A stretch of DNA of 56,744 nucleotides from assembly GCA_000934665.2 (NCBI GenBank), contig JYFJ02002471.1, positions 1 to 56,744 of the forward strand, written 5' to 3'. Every line of letters begins with the position of its first letter. The first letter of the stretch is position 1. This document shows, in pieces, positions 51,322 to 56,744 of this stretch. A program made the position numbers and the translations under genes. The notes below the pieces were generated by a model. It was not told where the DNA came from. It saw only the letters and a list, made by a program, of their open reading frames with translations, and searched no databases. The stretch comes from Catajapyx aquilonaris (taxonomy: Eukaryota).

Positions 51322-51655
51322 TTTCCTGAAGCTTCCTCCTATACACTGGTCCTGTGCTAACTAGACTGGATGTCACTCTCCTGCTTTGTGACTCTGTAGG
51401 TGTATCTGACCTTGGACTTGATTCAACAAAGCTGACAGGCTCCCCCATTTTACATGTCAGAACAAGCTGCAGAGCAAATTATTGCAATAATTGAGAGGCA
51501 CATGTTTGCATGGGAAGGGTGTGAATATAAAATTGGCCACAGCCTGCTGTCAAATAAATCACCTGAAATGCAATGTGAAATAATGCTGAAAAGAGCTGAG
51601 TCAAGAAGTCTATTTCCCAAAGATATAGGCATTACAGAATTGTTACAAATCGCAC

Positions 51656-51731
51656 CTCAAAAGGCATTGTGGATGCTGGCAGTTTCACATTGACGCACGA
51701 CTGACTCCCCTTGTTGCAATTTAATATTTAA
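51656..51731 (-). promoter_or_regulatory. Candidate core promoter and non-coding first exon of the SENP-like gene
   Basis: Arthropod initiator TCAGT at 51704-51700, an AT-rich TATA-like TTAAATATTAAA about 20-30 nt upstream, donor GAG|GTGCGA at 51655 and acceptor CTGCAG| at 51467. Confidence 0.35.
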
Positions 51732-51957
51732 AAATGACCAGGTTCACACATATCTTCTTGCCCCAATAAAAGCTCACAGGCTGCATTACAAAGTCAAGCT
51801 GAGATGTGATCCGGGTTATGGAACACCCTTCCCTTTCCCCCCGCCCCCCCAACATCTGAAGCTGAACATAATTTTACAGACATAAAATAATACAGGACAC
51901 GGAAATGCGAGAATCTGCCCTATCATCAGCCTCCCTCCGCTTCATCCACCATCCTCC

Positions 51958-54047
51958 TCACAGCAAGTTGCACGTGCTCTTCTCTCGGAATGGGTTCTGC
52001 TTCTGGCTGTGGAAGCCGTAGATCAGGCAGTCCTCTGGCTGGTGCTCATTCACATACTTCTGTTGTTGGGTGGGCAGGAAAAAGAGGGGGAAAAAAACTA
52101 AGGTCTTAGCATGTTATAATCGGCACGACCTAACATACCCCAAACACACGCAGGCACTAAAACACTACAAACCGTGTATTTTTTAAAAACTGTCATCACA
52201 CTCTAATTTGTACTACAGTTTGCATAATCTGTACAACCAAACGACTACTAAAAGGACTACGCTCACACACTACACAGACTGCCGTCCAGTGATCATTAAT
52301 AGTTGTGGATACGGATCCCCAGTCCCCTCATCCTAATCTGCATGCCAAATCAGGAAGCTTGGTCAACTCAATGCCATGCAAAGGATATCAACCCCGTCAG
52401 CAAACTCAGGATGAGCTACACTCTCAACGTGAAGGACGGGAAGTGTGTGTGGGAGTTAGGGGGGACAACATGGACAAGTTTCCAGACAAACCCAGAGGAG
52501 GAAGGAAGATGAGAGGGAAAATGTCCTATGTTGCAGTTCGTACCCTTCACAGCAGCGTGCAGCTGCTCTTCTCCCGGAAGGGATTGGCTTTTTGAGAGCT
52601 GAAGCCCACCAGCAAGTAGTCCTCCTGCTCGTGTTCTGCAATGTATTTCTGCCGAGGGGGAGGTTAGGTGGGTGGTGGGGAAGGAGGGGTGCAGGCGGCA
52701 CGTCAAAAGGAGTTTCCCCCCAAAAAATATATTTAAGAAACAAAAAAAAACCAAAGTATAGCATATCCAAGACTTCAGCCTCTCCTATGATTTATAGTGC
52801 AGGATTCAGTACCTTCATGTTGAACACATAATTAAGTTCCATCCAAAATCTCAGATCAGACATGTACAATTGGGTAAACACCAAAGCAAATCTGTAACTT
52901 AAGAAAAAACAATGGTCTACATCAGGGACTGTAGCACTGCAAATGGGAGGTGCCACAGAACTCAGCAGGGTATATAAATCCAATCATAATATTATCCTCA
53001 TATAAACACCAAACCTAAATTACTCGTAGCACTTTGGCCTTTTAAATTAGCAAGTTGAAGCTGGCAAGGGTTTGAAACAGCTTAGGAATGCAGACTTTGC
53101 CCCTGCATTGGGCAGAAATGTAACCTGCCAATAGCTGCAGGGTCTTCAACTTACACTCCAAACAATTAGTTTAATCACTGTATATCGCTGATCAAATTGC
53201 TCACATGTAAATGCGCCCTTAATGCTTTAAGCTTTTAGCTCTAGGCCCTTTACAATTATTGTGTCAGTCTCTCTGCATCCCTCAACAGCGTCAATCAAAA
53301 CCTTGCCTTATTCACCCTGTTTCCCCCCGACCTGCCTTGTGACTTTCCTTCCCCCTCTTTTAAGTGTTGTCTCACCTTGATGTCCTCAACGGCCTGAGAC
53401 ACGTTGATGCGCTTGATGGCTGCCTCGCGCCTGAGCTGCTCCACGATGAGCCGCTGCTGCTGCAGGGTAGACATCTGGAGTGAGGGGCGGGGACGAAGGG
53501 GGACGCCGCAACAGAAAGGGACAACACGTTAACAGGACACCAGACAGTGCACCAAAACACCCTTTTTGGACTGGGAGGCCTTTAAAGAATCATCCCCATT
53601 GCCCAACCCTCCCCGACTGATCAAGCGAACCTCTTGCAATAGTGCTGGTGCATCCAAGAACAAGTAATCGAAACATTGCATCCAAAACCAACGTTCTGCG
53701 GTGCAAGTTGGCCGCACAGGCTGAAATGCGACCTTGGTTTGTTGTCCATAAGCCCCATTGTGATCAGAGTGCACGTGCTAATAACACGTACTGTGCATTT
53801 CAGCAGTGAATAAGGATCCCTGCCCGCACTTCATAGCAAGATGCTCCATTACGTGAAGCGTTATTCGTGCTCCTCCTTGCACCAAACCAGAACGTGGTAC
53901 GCCCCATGCAATGTTCCCCTGGGTGTGGTGAGCTGTGTCGTGGTGAGGAAGCAGTGCTTGGTGCTTTGCTTCACTGAATGGGAGCCAAACGTGTGAGAAC
54001 AGTGGGCATCCCCCTTCCCCCGCCGCCCGGCTTACCATCGCGTCCAT
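51958..54047 (-). CDS. Ggamma1: G protein gamma subunit, isoform B using the duplicated alternative terminal exon 52059-51958, 70 aa
   Basis: The same first two exons are spliced (phase 0, pyrimidine tract + CAG) to KYVNEHQPEDCLIYGFHSQKQNPFREKSTCNLL*. The exon is also 102 nt and keeps NPF and CaaX. Confidence 0.85.
52547..54047 (-). CDS. Ggamma1: Heterotrimeric G protein gamma subunit (Ggamma1 type), isoform A, 70 aa
   Basis: Exons 54047-54036, 53474-53376, 52648-52547 give MDAMMSTLQQQRLIVEQLRREAAIKRINVSQAVEDIKKYIAEHEQEDYLLVGFSSQKANPFREKSSCTLL*, with a GGL domain, NPF motif and CaaX box; close to insect Ggamma1 as I recall it. Confidence 0.95.
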
Positions 54048-55380
54048 GGCTCGGTGGTCTGAAGGTTCGGTCTAAGGATCGGACAAGGGGCAGAGGAGGC
54101 CTCCGATGTGTTCGGAACGAGGCTTGGGCGGTGTTCGATTGATGGGCTCGGGCTGCTTGCTGAGGAGGGCAGGTGATCAATATCTCTCAGAGGAGGAGGA
54201 GGAGGCTAGGGGATCGAACGCCAGGTGGCAGGCAGGGCGGCTGACGGAGGCGGGTGGCGACATCTGTGGGCACACTGCTCAACCACGTTCCAATTAGTGG
54301 CTTGGCACCGGCACTTCCTGCCCGTTAATTAATTAGGCCGGACACCACCCTACATTTTCGCTTACATACTGCGCAAATAGGCCTCCCAGCCTGTTAATAC
54401 CACATACTTACCTCCCTGGACGATGTCCCAGTTGTTCTCAACATACCCAAAAAATCCATGCTTAGCTACTACTCACTACTTGGACAGCACTACTCAAACT
54501 ACCAGCAGCCCCTCTAAAGAAACAGGATACCACACTAACCACATCCTAAGAAAATTATCTTCGCTAATTATAAACTACACCAAAGCTATATAAAAAAAAG
54601 TGGCGGGACTCACCTCGAACAACACGCCTCTCTTTTTTTTTGTAATTAATCAGCCTGCAAATAAACAAGAGCAAAAGCGCCGCAATTAACATATGTGTGG
54701 GGGCTCAATCAATACAACCCTCATTAGCATCAAGCCACTGCCCACCCGCGTAATTAGCCATAATTACAGCAATCCCGGTAAAAAGAGCATGCAATGAGCC
54801 ACATGCAACCTGGCGGGAAAATCCAAAAAAAGAAGCGCGATATCCGCAGTTGGTTTTTATCTTCAAATGAAAAGAGAGAACAGGGAGATAAAGATTGGGG
54901 GACCCCCTACCTGTTGAGTCCGCTCTGTCAAAACCACAACTGTCCAGACCGGAAATGACGCGCACGCAAAATGAATGGGTGGGGAAGTGGGGGTGGGATG
55001 GGTGGGGAAGGGGGGGGGGCGGGGGCAGGAAAAAAAGGCCGCGCCCTAGATCCCATGATCCTGGAGATATCAACAGTTTTTTTTAGCGTGGCTTTTCATA
55101 ACTTGCCGCTTCATCCTATTTCCAACACTGGATTCGCACACTACTGGAAAATGAAATCTACCCACGTAATATTGAAAAAACTACTTTATTTTTTTAAAAA
55201 CATACCGTAATTTTGTCAGTCGAACACGATTAAAAAATTTAATTACCTACTTCCTCTTGGCAATACTGGGCAACATTGCAGGGAGAAAAAGCACTCCTGC
55301 TAAAATTAATTAAAGGGGCTGCAGAAACTCCTTACAAAATTGTAAGAAACACACAAATTTTTAAAAAGCATTCACACTTG

Positions 55381-55832
55381 TTACGAGCTGTCTTCCCAGC
55401 TGTCGTAGAGTTTCGGCCGTTTAATATTGCTGCTCCCAAGTGGTGCTGGAATGACGAAGGTGTTGGACGACTCGTTCAGACTCCCCTGAAACGAGCGAGA
55501 GAGAAATACAGGTGTAATTAGCATCTCACTGTGGACCAAGCAGCCTATTTTTAAAACATGTTAAAAGTACGTGGAGAAATGATCAAAACTTCATGACTAG
55601 TTAACTCACCTCTGAGGTGGAACTAATCATACTAGTGCTGTCAGGGTCGACCGAATTCTGGCATGCGCTCTTTTTGCACCTACAGTTTTCATCGCAGGAC
55701 TTGGCCGCCTTCCTGCACCCACAGGTGCGGCGGCTACACTGCCCCTTGCAGGCACACCGGATGTTGCCATCAGAATCTCGCTTTGTCGTGTTCTTCTCTT
55801 CCAGGATGCTCCTTGCCTTCGTCTTCTTGTAC
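55381..55832 (-). CDS. KIF4: 3' terminal exons of a kinesin-4 / chromokinesin (KIF4/Klp3A-like) with the C-terminal cysteine-rich domain; partial, continues upstream
   Basis: Exons 55832-55610 and 55485-55381 give YKKTKARSILEEKNTTKRDSDGNIRCACKGQCSRRTCGCRKAAKSCDENCRCKKSACQNS...KRPKLYDSWEDSS*. The 9-Cys pattern CxCxxxCxxxxCxCx6CxxxCxCx4CxN near a C-terminus is typical of KIF4. The motor domain is not in the window. Confidence 0.68.
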
Positions 55833-56744
55833 CTGGTCAAAAACAACGTTCAAACTCTTTTAAAGGCATTGTACCGGAAAACTGGACGAGGCACTGCAGC
55901 TAGGACACAGCAACACTGAAAAACTGGTAACGACTGTCCCCAGATGTGAATGTACACCAGTGTAAGGCAAGGTAGTGGTATTTACGTTGGGACCAAGACC
56001 TCACCAGACAAACAGTACCTCTGAAACACGTCTTTCATGCCAAGATCTGAAGATGCTACTTAAATTGCCCAAGTGCTTCCAAAAATTTCTAGCTGACATG
56101 TCAAATCCCTTCAACCATTTTCATGTGGAAGTTAATAATACAGGTTGGCAACCTCATCTGAAACTCTGAAAACCGAAAAGCTTTGAAATACATTGAAAAA
56201 TTTCATGGAGGTCATCTGAGAAGAATCTTTAGCTCAATTTTGGTGCCAGGCATAACCCAAAAGCACATGACTGTCACCATTAGGTAAAATGATATCCATG
56301 CAGTATTTTAAGGGCGATAGCCCTTAAGTAAGACCGTAGCATAGATTTCAACAATGTTTCAACAATGAATTTTTCCTACTTCTTCTTGTTCTTCTTGTTA
56401 CGTTTTTTTTATTCGCCCTAACTCCAGTTCTGCTGTAGGTGGAGCTTCCAAATTTTGAACACAGATCCCCACCGTCGTGACTTGATTTCCTGCCATTTAC
56501 ACTTTTACTTAATTCCTCTTCAAAACGCCGCAAAAAATTTTAAACCACCAAAAAATACGTCTCAATTTTTTTGCTCAATAACTATTCGGAATTTGGTTTC
56601 TTCGTCAAAGGGCCGAAGGTGCAGTGGGATGGTGTGGATCTATGTTGAAAATATCACAGTTCCACCTGCTGCAGGATTGGAGCTGTGATTTTTTTACCTC
56701 GTATTTTTTCTGTCATTACTTCATTTGTTCATAACGCCATCACC

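Noticed and set aside
51340..53376. Ggamma exon 2 spliced in frame to AGs at about 51350-51362 to make a Ggamma-SENP chimera
   Set aside because: The phase fits, but the upstream sequence is purine-rich with no pyrimidine tract, and a better acceptor plus its own Inr-like start exist for the SENP-like gene.
56340..56744. Basic 61-aa ORF / repeat-like sequence at the window end
   Set aside because: Probably kinesin intron or a truncated repeat; no diagnostic motif, and it is cut by the window edge.
1..56744. CRISPR arrays, rRNA, tRNA or prokaryotic operons
   Set aside because: None seen; all intact recognised genes are spliced eukaryotic genes and there is no regularly spaced repeat-spacer pattern.

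Overview
Gene-dense eukaryotic genomic DNA, most likely from an arthropod (short GT-AG introns of about 60-70 nt, a divergent ionotropic receptor, a Ggamma1-type subunit). There are no prokaryotic features, CRISPR arrays or recognisable RNA genes. Manually spliced genes from left to right: a 9-exon alpha-arrestin (ARRDC, +); a decayed Ty3/gypsy-like pol remnant (+); a 9-exon glucocerebrosidase (GBA1, +) with one GC-AG intron and a tiny TSD-flanked retro-insertion; a candidate small secreted peptide gene (-), invisible in the unspliced ORF track, directly downstream of a divergent ionotropic chemoreceptor (IR, -); HTATIP2/TIP30 (-) head-to-head with mitochondrial TRMT10C (+); a SENP6/7-like SUMO protease whose catalytic Cys aligns to Ser (-), with a 4.6-kb intron hosting a disrupted BC-box/LRR gene; a G-protein gamma gene (-) with two intact, duplicated terminal exons; and the last two exons of a KIF4-type kinesin (-). 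The best leads are the IR-linked peptide precursor (possibly dicistronic), the Ggamma terminal-exon switch and the Cys-to-Ser SENP. All gene models and homology calls were made by eye without database searches.
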